A DNA stretch of 55,526 nt from positions 1 through 55,526 of the IMG/VR virus record IMGVR_UViG_3300006046_000007; one strand, 5' to 3'. The position numbers and the translations under genes are program-made. Origin of the DNA: a virus. Its lineage: Duplodnaviria; Caudoviricetes. Below are positions 11,705 through 20,814 of this stretch, one piece after another. The notes beneath the pieces are model-generated. The model was not told the DNA's origin. It searched no databases and saw only the letters and a list, made by a program, of their open reading frames with translations. How positions within the stretch are numbered: the first letter of the stretch is position 1; the number at the start of each line of letters is the position of its first letter.

Positions 11705-12670
11705 TCAGGCATGACAAACTCCATCGAACGAATCGTGGCTAACTCCAGTAGAGTCAATGAACTCAGTGTGCCAGCTGTCGGTGTTCAGCGTCATCTTCAT
11801 GTAACCGAACATCTTCAGCCAGTACGCCGGCTTGATACCAGTGGACTTCATTGCGACCTGAGCTTCTCCACCAGTACCAACGACGTACTCAGTAATGCCA
11901 TCAGAGGTTGTATGCTTGGCAGAGTCCATTGGGCCGAATCGCTGGTAGTTGTGGATGTGACCGTTGATCACGACGTCAGCATGCACTGCTCCCAAAGCAT
12001 CCCACCACGCTTTGTAGGTGCTGACATAGTCCTTGGCTAGCCCCTGGTAGAGAGGCTGGTGCCAGTACGCAGCAATACATGGTTGAGTGGTACCAGCTAG
12101 ATCAGCCTTAAGCCAGGTAGTCTGCGGGCTTGTGGCTGCGCATCCGCCGGCGTTCTTCATAGAGCAGTCAGCATTGAGCGCAACAAAGTGCCAAGTGCCT
12201 AGGTCGAACGAGTAATGCCCAACAGTCTCCGGGTGAGCTGCAGCTCCGAAGTGAGCGAAGTAGTTAGCTCCAGTCGAATTGTCAGTCGGACACTGCATAC
12301 CCCATGCGTCGAGGCCCGTCTTGATCTCATGATTGCCAATCGATGGCTTCATAAGTGGGTCAAGACGTCCCCACGTCGGGTTGTATGATACGGCATAGTC
12401 TGCAAGATCGCCGCAATCGTACTGGTAGTCACCAAGACCAAGTACTGCACTGATAGAGGTGTCTGCCAGCATACGGTCACTGACTGCTTGCTGCTGGCAC
12501 TCGATCGCTGCCGAGTACTTGGTGACAGTGTTGGACGGATCGCAAGCCATATCGCCTACGGCTGCAATCGTTATAGTAGGGTCGTCAGCAACTGCTGAGT
12601 TGGGTTGGATACTGATAGCAGAAAGCCCAAGTGCAACAGAGGCTCCAACTGCTACGATAAATCTCTTCAT
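11705..12670 (-). CDS. Secreted metallophosphoesterase (purple-acid-phosphatase-like)
   Basis: Signal peptide MKRFIVAVGASVALGLSA; motifs GD, GDxxY, GNHE, HQP, GHxH. Confidence 0.85.
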   Translation of the reverse strand: MKRFIVAVGASVALGLSAISIQPNSAVADDPTITIAAVGDMACDPSNTVTKYSAAIECQQQAVSDRMLADTSISAVLGLGDYQYDCGDLADYAVSYNPTWGRLDPLMKPSIGNHEIKTGLDAWGMQCPTDNSTGANYFAHFGAAAHPETVGHYSFDLGTWHFVALNADCSMKNAGGCAATSPQTTWLKADLAGTTQPCIAAYWHQPLYQGLAKDYVSTYKAWWDALGAVHADVVINGHIHNYQRFGPMDSAKHTTSDGITEYVVGTGGEAQVAMKSTGIKPAYWLKMFGYMKMTLNTDSWHTEFIDSTGVSHDSFDGVCHA

Positions 12671-12672
12671 TA

Positions 12673-15488
12673 CTACTCCTTAATGGGTCGGTTAAATCCT
12701 TCAGTAGGGGCGGCGCCATCTGCTTGCAGTTGGTGATCACGTTCAATTGCTTCTGGCAGTACTTCATCAGCAAGCCATTGAATTGCTTCTGCAACAGCAT
12801 GCGCATGGCCATGTGACATTGCGCTGAAAGTCTTGCTTCGGTTAGGAAATGACCCCCAAGTTTCAACTTTTAACTGTCCCATAGTGTTACTCCTTTAGTT
12901 TAGGTTGATGGACCCACCAGCCATGACTCGCGTCATACTGATAGTTCTTTCCTACTCGTGAGATGTAGTCGTTGAGGTTTGTGCCACAACTGAGGCATTC
13001 GATATTCGGTTCGATCAACGGCGACGTGAACCTGGCAAAGACTACGTTATGATGGCACGTTTCAGGGTCAGTTCTTATGTCGTCTGTAAGAACCTCTATT
13101 CCTCTGATACCCATTAGACCTCCGTCCAAATGTTGTGTTCGACGTATCCATGCCATTGGTATGTCACGTCAAGCCACTGACGAGTGATGAGAATGGAGTT
13201 ACTTGACCCATCACCAGCTCGAATGCTCACAGTCCCATCACCATGCTCACGAACGGTATGAGCTCTGAGGTTACCGAAAGCTCTTTTGTCTGCCATCTGG
13301 CCAGGCATCTCGATCGGCACAATACAAAACCAAGCCATCTTGGTGAGGTTGGATGGATGTGCCATCACTACGAGATCTGTACCATCTTCGTTGAGCACCT
13401 TCCAAATATCTCCTGGTCGTAGGTCCTCATAGAGCAGAGGGAACTTACCTTCAACCGTGTCAGCTAGTCGACGTCCTAGGAATGACATCACCGTCTCCTT
13501 TCGTCGATCGGTCTCCGGTAAGCAGCCAGTAGTTCTTCTGCTTGGGAGTCTAGAAGAGCTAACCCTTCAGCAATGGCGTCGGGCTTGATGTTACGATCGC
13601 CTGGACCAACTGTATTAGGACACTCATAGTCACGACTATCACGATGAGCATGCAATCGACCAGTTTCGGTCACGGTTGCTATGCAGTTACAAACACCGCA
13701 ACGAACTTGTTCGAGCTTGGTGTCGGGATCGAAAGACTCGAATGGGTGATAACGATCAATTTTTACAGCTTCAACAGGACCTCGTCGAATTACTCTTCTA
13801 TGAGGCTTGGTCATTACCCCTCGCTCAGCTCTCGCATCTCCTCACGGTCATACATAACCGCTTCTGTGTTGAAGCCAAGAAACTTGACGTTGTACCAGGC
13901 ACCAACACGAACGCTTAGCTCTGAGTTGTAATGACGCCACTCTGGTCTAGCGGTCGGGTTGTCGGGATCGCTGTAGCGAACGTGGTATGGACGATCTTCA
14001 GGACGGTCCTGAGGTGGGTGATGCTTCTTCTTGTTACCACCCTTCGGCTTTGGTTTGGGGTATAGTTGTCTACTCATTTCACATTCCTTCTTGGGCTAGT
14101 TTGAGAAGCTTGTTGGCTCCTTCATGGACGGTTCGGATTGCGTTGGGTATCTGTGTCTCATAGGTCTTGACTGAGTAACTGACCGTGACGCCGCTCTCCA
14201 CCACTACGAGCTTCACGATGGTTGCTGTCAGACTACGTGTGATGGTGAGTTTCTCAGTACGGTCCATTCAGTTTTCCCCCAGCTCATTGTGTTCTTCGGG
14301 GACAAGTTGTCGTTTACGGAAGTGAGAAAAAAGTTCATCTGCTGCAAAAGCAAGAGCGTTCTCGGGAATCGGGCTTGCCTTAATAAGATGCGTGTCATCG
14401 ATCACTACTCGGGCCCAAGGTTTGTTGGGTTGATCAGGAAGACCTACGGTGATGACGTGTCCACCAAATGCTCGAAAAACGACAATCTCTAAGTCACCAG
14501 GTTTGAACGGAGACATGCCTTCTTGGATGGCCTGCTTGATCACATCGAAGTCGGTGTAGTCTTTCTCAATCGTCACTAGGCTTACCCTTCTTGTGTTGCT
14601 TCATCCGACAATCAAGGTGACGAGTCTTCCCATCATCCAACCAATGACTCGGCATGGATGAAAACGGACTGGGGTCATTGGCCTTATGCATCCCCTGCCC
14701 TGGCAGAATAGGCTCACCACATTCAGCACAAGTCGGGTTAGTCAGGTTTACAGACTCCTGCTCATGCATACGCCCGTCTGGTTCCGGCATCTCGCTGAAG
14801 TGCTCAAACGCATTGCGCTCAGTAGGTGCCTCAGTGTCACCACCCTCGACATCCGGGATAACGACGAACATTTCCTCGCCAAGTTCCTCAGCTCTATCTG
14901 CCGCGGCCAAAAGATCGACTATCTTGTTTCCAGTAATGATGTCGAGTCCGTAAGCAACGATGTTGTCGTGAGTCACCTTGACTCTCATCTATTCATCCTC
15001 CTTTTGGCTAAATGACCCTACTCTTTTGACCTTTCCTACTTGAAGTTCAATGAGCTCCCGGACACCGTTAACTTCATACACAAGCTCGTAACCCCCATCA
15101 CGCATAGTTATATACAGAAGCTCACCATCTACAGTCTTAAACTTCACACCTATATATGTATGGGTGATTTCAACGTCCATGACATCTGTGTCCAACTTTA
15201 CTTTGTAAGGCCCGTCAGGTGTCGATAACTTGATGATGGCCATAATTATTCTCCTTGATATGGGTTAGAGCCAATATTGATGGCACCGATGTCTTCTCTG
15301 GCTTCGAGAATGTCAATCTCCATTTGCCTCGAATGCGGAGTGGAGTACTGCACCGCAATACAGAGGTCCCCTTCTCTTTCCCCAACTCGGCCGAGATTAG
15401 GACTCTTCTTAGGCCCCTTCCGGCCACCCGGCCCATAGTAAGCCTCAAGCCAGTAAGGATGAGATGTGCTCGGAACATTTCTACTCAT
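12673..15488 (-). CDS. Run of about 10 small hypothetical genes
   Basis: Tightly packed ORFs 12673-12882, 12887-13156, 13114-13491, 13488-13814, 13814-14077, 14079-14267, 14268-14576, 14566-14988, 14989-15243, 15246-15488. Confidence 0.65.
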
Positions 15489-15654
15489 CAGAATCTATTC
15501 CTCCTTATTACTTCGACTATGAGAATAACAATGAGCATAACGACGGCACCGACTACATAACCGATAATAAAAGAGTCCCAGTTCATAAATTCTCCTAGTG
15601 ATATACTATGGGTAAAAACTAAACCCCTGGTTAGGGGCTTAGTCTTTGAGACGA

Positions 15655-15897
15655 CTAGTTGAGGTAGTCTTCGGTGAACTTCATGCCAGGCACGCTCTTG
15701 AGGTGGCTGTCGGAGTCGACCTCCGGCTCGCCGAACATGTCATCGAGCGCGACCTTCTGCATGGCGGTGGCGTAGGCGGTGTTCCACTGGAACGCCAACC
15801 TGTCCAGCCACGACTTGAAGGCCAGGGTGATGAGGATGATGGCGAGAACGATGGGCGAAGTGACAGCTGCGTACTGGAGGTACGTGTGCAGGTTCAT
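15655..15897 (-). CDS. Cassette gene, small membrane protein (MNLHTYLQ...)
   Basis: Motif 15918-15946, AAAGGAG RBS, one TM helix, terminator at ~15614-15646. Confidence 0.75.
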   Translation of the reverse strand: MNLHTYLQYAAVTSPIVLAIILITLAFKSWLDRLAFQWNTAYATAMQKVALDDMFGEPEVDSDSHLKSVPGMKFTEDYLN

Positions 15898-15946
15898 TGT
15901 TTCTCCTTTGGTAGGGGTCTCATATAACGCTTTGTTTTCGCCGCGA

Positions 15947-16033
15947 AAAAGAGAGGCATTGGTTATCCAATGACTTCTGCCTATGTTATCCAGGTTAACC
16001 GTATAAAACGGCACTGGAGGTAGTCACTCTCTC
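15947..16033 (-). ncRNA. Putative ~85-nt structured small RNA cassette
   Basis: Between motif 16030-16058 and a T-run abutting the next motif; no RBS-led ORF; stems GAGAG/CTCTC, GTGACT/AGTCAT, TCCAG/CTGGA, CCGT/ACGG, CATTGG/CCAATG. Confidence 0.5.
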
Positions 16034-16100
16034 ATTTAAACCCTTGTTTTAAGCGCGAAAAAAGAGAACGCCTTGTTTCCAAAGCGCTCCCTCTTTGAGA

Positions 16101-16277
16101 CTACTTATCTCGGAGTGTTCGGGCGGTGTGCTGGTTCTTGCCTCCGAAGCCGAATTCTCGAGCTTCCATCACTCGTTTATTGTAGTCTTCATTTAGAATA
16201 CGATGAACGAATGAGATGACGAAGATGAAGAATCCGAGTCCGAAGACCATGAAACCTAAGTCAAGTAACGTTTCCAT
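16101..16277 (-). CDS. Cassette gene, small membrane protein (METLLDLG...)
   Basis: Motif 16299-16327, AAGGAG RBS, TM helix. Confidence 0.75.
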   Translation of the reverse strand: METLLDLGFMVFGLGFFIFVISFVHRILNEDYNKRVMEAREFGFGGKNQHTARTLRDK

Positions 16278-16366
16278 GTGTCTCCTTCGGTAGTAGGGTC
16301 TCATATAAACCCTTGTTTAACCCGCGAAGGAGAAAACTAGAAGCCTTGTGGGCTTCTAGTCTTGAC

Positions 16367-16519
16367 TCATGTCAACATCCAGATGAGCAGGGCTGCAAAG
16401 CCGCATGCAATAACGATTGCGCACAGGAACGTGACAACGATGGCCAGACCGATCTTGTAGATCGTGTCGATGAACAGGTTGAACAGGCTCCCGAGGAATG
16501 CTAGAATATTGGCGAGCAT
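16367..16519 (-). CDS. Cassette gene, small hydrophobic protein (MLANILAF...)
   Basis: Motif 16543-16571, AAGGAG RBS, hydrophobic throughout. Confidence 0.75.
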   Translation of the reverse strand: MLANILAFLGSLFNLFIDTIYKIGLAIVVTFLCAIVIACGFAALLIWMLT

Positions 16520-16645
16520 GTTGTCTCCTTGGGTAGTGATGGTGTCATATAATGGCTTGTTTCTGACGCGAGATGGAGTGAAGGGGACCGACGGACTATG
16601 GCTGTAACTATCATCGGCCCCCTCCACGCTTTAGGGTTTAACCTA

Positions 16646-17602
16646 TCAGACGACGCCGAACCAGGCCTTTGCCTCGGCTTGGCTGAGAATCGCCTTTCCT
16701 GAGTCATATGCACAAGCAAGAAGAATGTTGTTCGCAGGATCTAGAACGAACTTCCGGTGCTCCGCGTACCACTGTGCCTGTGTCTTGATCACGATACCGG
16801 CTACTGCGTCGTCTCCAACGCCAGTCTCACCGATACAAACCGGCTTACCCTTCGACTTAGCCCAAGTCAGCAACGGGCCCCAGTTCACAAGCGGCGTGCT
16901 CATTGGCTCGCCAGTCAGCTGGTGTCCCTTGTTGTAGTGGTCGAACCCGATCTTCTTGTGATTCGGGCGCCAACGCTGCTCCCAGACCGATGGGTCTTTG
17001 TCACCAGTGAAACCAGTGAGGCAGACAATTGGCTCGAGCATCGAGAAGCTTGCAATGAGCCGTTCGAGCTGGTCGTAGCCAGCATGATACACATCGAGAG
17101 GAATCGGAGTCTTGATATCTGACTCGTGCTCATAAGTCACCAAAGCAGTCTGAGACTTGGCTCCAAGAATTTGGGCAAGAGCATTCAACTCACCCAGAAG
17201 AGAAGCATCGCTAATGCTGCCTTTGTAGCTGACCCAAATGACTCCACCATTCTTTGTTCGGGCACTAGCTTCTTTGGCACCAGAGCTAGACAGGTCGTAA
17301 GCACGCCTGGCATCGGCTGACACGTTCAGCCCACCATCATTAGATCCGACGGTGGCTCCGATACGAATCACGACTGGAGGGGGAGTTGGGGGTGGCGGTT
17401 TCAGCGCGTCGAGTTGTGCTTGGAGCGCAGCAACCTCTGCTGCTAACGCTTCAACCTGCTCCTTGAGTTGTGCATTCTCAGTGACTAGAGCCTCCGCCTT
17501 CGCGGTAGCTGCTTCGACCTGAGCGCCAAGAGCGGCGATTTGGTCATCTCGCTCGTTGGAGAAAGATCTAAGTTGTGTAATGACATCATCAACGGTGGTC
17601 AT
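16646..17602 (-). CDS. Coiled-coil + Pro linker + GH26-like glycoside hydrolase
   Basis: N-terminal heptads, KPPPPTPPP linker, then HE (acid/base), GFDHYN and KPVCIGETG (nucleophile) clan GH-A motifs. Confidence 0.6.
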   Translation of the reverse strand: MTTVDDVITQLRSFSNERDDQIAALGAQVEAATAKAEALVTENAQLKEQVEALAAEVAALQAQLDALKPPPPTPPPVVIRIGATVGSNDGGLNVSADARRAYDLSSSGAKEASARTKNGGVIWVSYKGSISDASLLGELNALAQILGAKSQTALVTYEHESDIKTPIPLDVYHAGYDQLERLIASFSMLEPIVCLTGFTGDKDPSVWEQRWRPNHKKIGFDHYNKGHQLTGEPMSTPLVNWGPLLTWAKSKGKPVCIGETGVGDDAVAGIVIKTQAQWYAEHRKFVLDPANNILLACAYDSGKAILSQAEAKAWFGVV

Positions 17603-17681
17603 GTTACCCTTTCGCTTGCGGGGGTAGAACTGGAGCCGCCTGTCCTGATGAGAAAGACGGCCCCAGCCCTAGTCAAAAGGC

Positions 17682-18503
17682 TCAGGAGTTAGGGTTGATT
17701 ACCCCATTATCGATAGCCCACACGTAGTCCTTGTAGTGGACGTTTATCACCTGGCTCTTCACCGTCCAACCCGGGAAGTCACCAGTGTACCTAAGCTTCT
17801 TGCGGCTCGGATTGATTGGTTTGGCAACTGAGTTTCCAGTCGAACCACGCACACAAGGCACATGGAACGGATCGGGATTGATCGTCGTGTTGTCATCCCA
17901 CATGTTTCCATTGACTAGGAAGTGGTCAAAGCCGCCAATGCCGACTTGACCGCATCGGAACCGTTGAAGATGGCCAGTTGCATCATTCTGATCAGATGTG
18001 AACCGGAAGTCGAGCCAACGAGGATCATACCAAGTGTGCCGAGTAGTAGAGCTGATCTGACGCCAGCAGTACTTATAGACGATTTCTGTTCGCGTCCTGA
18101 CCTTCACATAGTCAACAGTGATGACTGGACCAAGGATCCGCAATCCGTCAGGGACGAGCCCGTAATCGATTGCGACCTCACCCTCCCACTTGCAGTTGGT
18201 GGCAAGCTTAGTGATGTCCCACGGGTCGGTGTCGTCAGAGGTAATGGCCGCAACTGTGTCATCACCAGGGTAAAGACCTGCCTGAGCTGCGGTCGGCGCG
18301 TCTTCGAGGATAGTTGAAGTCCAAGGCCCGCCTGGTACCTGTGTCTGATCTGACTGGTAAGGATCACCAGCAGGCGTCAGTGGCAAGAAGCAGAAATCAT
18401 CGATGTCTGGGGGACAATCTGTATCTGCATTGGCCGATGGTGCCGACAGCATAGGCAAAGCAACTGCAATAGCCGCTGCGGCAATTATGGTTCTGATATT
18501 CAT
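17682..18503 (-). CDS. Secreted hypothetical protein
   Basis: Signal peptide MNIRTIIAAAAIAVALPMLSAPSANA; several Cys. Confidence 0.65.
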   Translation of the reverse strand: MNIRTIIAAAAIAVALPMLSAPSANADTDCPPDIDDFCFLPLTPAGDPYQSDQTQVPGGPWTSTILEDAPTAAQAGLYPGDDTVAAITSDDTDPWDITKLATNCKWEGEVAIDYGLVPDGLRILGPVITVDYVKVRTRTEIVYKYCWRQISSTTRHTWYDPRWLDFRFTSDQNDATGHLQRFRCGQVGIGGFDHFLVNGNMWDDNTTINPDPFHVPCVRGSTGNSVAKPINPSRKKLRYTGDFPGWTVKSQVINVHYKDYVWAIDNGVINPNS

Positions 18504-18896
18504 TTTACTCCTAGATAGATAAGATAGAGACCTGCAAGCACCAGTGCCCACATGCCAATGTAGATGATGGCAATGACGACAACGTTCTTAACGGTTGTCA
18601 ACCTAACCATTATGCCACCCCATTCAGAATTTGATATGCCTTGAAAACCAGTCGAGAAGCCATTTCAACCATCGAGACTCTACTCCCATAACCCCTCATC
18701 CGAGAAGAGCTATCATGTACTGAAGCCAGGTGCTGTGGTCTTCAGTAACGTGGTTTTGACTCGGATAATGACTGTGCCTTTCGGGCCGGCATAGTGTGCA
18801 ATTGGGACTAATGGGTCCTGGTTTAAGGTCTCTAGACCTATCGGCCCTATCGCAGATATCAGACATGTGTTTGATCCTCCTTTAGAGATGGGTAGA

Positions 18897-18929
18897 GGGC
18901 AGTTTTTTAAAGCAGGCATGCCCAGGCCT
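18897..18929 (-). ncRNA. Small H-type pseudoknot, copy A
   Basis: AGGC-CUGGGCAU-GCCU-GCUUUAAAAAAC-UGCCC; S1 AGGC/GCCU, S2 GGGCA/UGCCC. Confidence 0.65.
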
Positions 18930-19155
18930 CCACGGTGTCCCCGCTGTTTAATGTTACGGTAGGCTAGGAAGAATTCCTTGCAGGGAGCGCTTCCCGCTTC
19001 GGTCGGCTGCAACCGCCTTATCAAAGCTGACCTACCGGCGTTTTTTAACTACCTAACAATCCGCTGTACGTCGCTTCCTCCACCACGCGAACCTATGGCT
19101 CAGATGGTTTCACCAGTCGCTACGGAATGCCGTTCGGTCTACACCTGACCGCTCA
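18897..19155 (-). ncRNA. Structured RNA unit A (pistol-1 3' product)
   Basis: From the predicted cleavage site to pseudoknot A; stems CGGUAGG/CCUACCG and UUGCAG/CUGCAA. Confidence 0.5.
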
Positions 19156-19285
19156 CCCATTGGACGCCGGAAATGAGATCCCGTTCCGGTCTTTTACATC
19201 TGAGCTTCAGGAGAAGGAGATAACCCGCAGCTAGAGTCCAATGACGCACTAGGCCTAAGAGCTATTTATACTCGCCTAGTCGAGT
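19151..19285 (-). ncRNA. Pistol self-cleaving ribozyme 1
   Basis: ACUCG-ACUAGG-CGAGU-AUAAAUAG-CUC-UUAGG-CCUAGU-GCG-UCAUUGGAC[insert]GUCCAAUGG-GU-GAGC: P1, 6-bp pseudoknot, UAAAUAG, P2, GCG, P3 and GU site all present. Confidence 0.9.
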
Positions 19286-19686
19286 TACTCGTCTCTGCCG
19301 AAGGCCGAGTCGCGAGCCTTACGGAGGAGACGGATGGTTCGGTTGATGGCGCTCCGGTTGAACCAGGTCCAAAGACCATCAACGCCGGCCGTTGAGCCGG
19401 TGACTGCGTCCAAGCAGGCACGACCAAGTTTGTTCATGTACTCTGCTGCTGCGTCATCATCAACAGAGTCCTCAGGAACAAAGCCGAAGTCTTCTCGAAG
19501 TAGCTTGAAAAGGATTCTCCCGATCTCAGTCTGAGTAGTAGTCCCACCATAGACCTGATCGATGAAATGCAGTGTGGGTTGGTCGATACGAGATTCAAGA
19601 CCAACTCCAACAGAAGCCAGACCAGGATTCCACTGGACCAAGAGGTCGTAGGAGGCCTGATCTTCTGGGGTGATTCTTTCTTTCAT
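19285..19686 (-). CDS. Hypothetical protein
   Basis: 133 aa, AAAGG RBS; its stop codon abuts pistol 1. Confidence 0.75.
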   Translation of the reverse strand: MKERITPEDQASYDLLVQWNPGLASVGVGLESRIDQPTLHFIDQVYGGTTTQTEIGRILFKLLREDFGFVPEDSVDDDAAAEYMNKLGRACLDAVTGSTAGVDGLWTWFNRSAINRTIRLLRKARDSAFGRDE

Positions 19687-19850
19687 GGTGTTACCTTTCT
19701 TTTCGTTGGCTCCCGCTTATCGGGAGTAGATTGTCCTTGTTGTAGCCAGGCCCAGGACCTTCCCACAGGTTTAACATTTATCACCTGCGACCATGCGAGT
19801 ATTAGCGTCTCAAATGCTTCGACATTCTCGGGTTCATGATCGGCGATGTA

Positions 19851-20114
19851 TTATGAGAGATTTTGTCCCACGATCTGGTCGAACTGCCAGTTCGTAAGAA
19901 ACTTCTGGATCTCGGGGTCCAGCATGAGCTCTGGTCGATCGCGCTCCACGACATCAGTCATAAGACGACCGAACTCGATGAGTTGCAAGTTGCTCTCAAC
20001 CAATATCCGATTAGCCTTACGAAGCTTTGAAGTGATCTGCCACCAACCAATTTGGTTAGCGAGAAAGGCGATCTTAATTAGGGCGATTCGTGTTGCCGGG
20101 TCCATCTTCTTCAT
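19851..20114 (-). CDS. Hypothetical protein
   Basis: 87 aa ORF with AAGGAG RBS. Confidence 0.65.
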   Translation of the reverse strand: MKKMDPATRIALIKIAFLANQIGWWQITSKLRKANRILVESNLQLIEFGRLMTDVVERDRPELMLDPEIQKFLTNWQFDQIVGQNLS

Positions 20115-20152
20115 CGATAACTCCTTAGATAGGGGATGATGGGATGTGTTTG

Positions 20153-20305
20153 CTAACGATTGAGGACCACCAGAAAGAAGTATAGGGCTAGGAAGAACAG
20201 CCCGAAAGCAAGGAAGTCAATCTTCTTCTTTGCGAATTCGAAAATGAACCCTAGCGCAAACGCGAACACGGAAAGGAGCAAAATGATGAAGTAGAACGTA
20301 TGCAT
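20153..20305 (-). CDS. Small two-TM membrane protein (MHTFYFIILL...)
   Basis: 50 aa, AGGAGG RBS, two hydrophobic helices. Confidence 0.7.
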   Translation of the reverse strand: MHTFYFIILLLSVFAFALGFIFEFAKKKIDFLAFGLFFLALYFFLVVLNR

Positions 20306-20487
20306 GATGCCTCCTATGTTTGAATGGAGAGGAGGACAAGACCCACGAAAATCCCATCCCCCTCTCCTACTGTAGGTAGCGTTTTCAATTGACTTTAATC
20401 ACTTCGACTCATCGCACTTCGATCCGGCCAAAGGTGTTGCCCAAACCTCACGATTTCACCAATGAACTACGCTACAGTGACTTGAGG

Positions 20488-20514
20488 GGGCCTTTTTGCC
20501 GCATGCCCAGGCGG
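20488..20514 (-). ncRNA. Small H-type pseudoknot, copy B
   Basis: CCGC-CUGGGCAU-GCGG-CAAAAAG-GCCC. Confidence 0.65.
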
Positions 20515-20683
20515 GATCTTTAATCGGTAAGGTGCCCGGGTCTCCGCCCAGTGGTCTGCAACCTTTCTGCTTCGTCACCCTTGCAGAGGGTGCTTATTGA
20601 CGCAAGAACACGCCTTTTATGTACCTTACCTACGGCTAAGGGAGTGACTGGTTAGCAACGCCAATTCACTTGCCGATTTCCCA
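20488..20683 (-). ncRNA. Structured RNA unit B (pistol-2 3' product)
   Basis: Stems GGUAAGGU/ACCUUACC and UCUGCAA/UUGCAGA; ends in pseudoknot B. Confidence 0.5.
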
Positions 20684-20814
20684 CGACGCGGCTGGTAGTT
20701 GTCCATGTCGGTGAAAACACCTGTCGACTACCAATTACTTCCAAGCTCAAGGCCTGTAACTTGGAACCGCGCCCGCTCTGAGCCTAAGGTCTATTTAACC
20801 TCGCTCAGACGAGG
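20680..20814 (-). ncRNA. Pistol self-cleaving ribozyme 2
   Basis: CCUCG-UCUGAG-CGAGG-UUAAAUAG-ACC-UUAGG-CUCAGA-GCG-GGCGCGGUU[insert]AGCCGCGUC-GU-GGG; core intact, P2 weak (two C-G pairs plus A.G). Confidence 0.8.

Larger units (their letters stand above)
15918..16571 (-). promoter_or_regulatory. Four copies of the phage promoter-like motif
   Basis: Copies at 15918-15946, 16030-16058, 16299-16327, 16543-16571; terminator hairpins with T-runs at ~16059-16098 and ~16333-16363. Confidence 0.8.

Noticed and set aside
15898-16014. N-terminal extension of ORF 15655-16014 (and similar extensions at 16627, 37629, 35108)
   Set aside because: Extensions run through promoter motifs or terminators; true starts follow the AAGGAG RBS
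17630-17667. CTGATGA-GAAA on the + strand, resembling a hammerhead core
   Set aside because: No stem II, no stem I and no properly placed NUH site; on the non-coding strand; better explained as the loop of an intergenic hairpin
18935-18960. UUAAACAG as a third pistol core
   Set aside because: No P1/pseudoknot upstream and no UUA(A/G)G...GCG downstream
18713-19024. 103-aa ORF from the track
   Set aside because: No RBS and it overlaps structured RNA A; the AAAGGAGG RBS instead points to a short ORF starting near 18867
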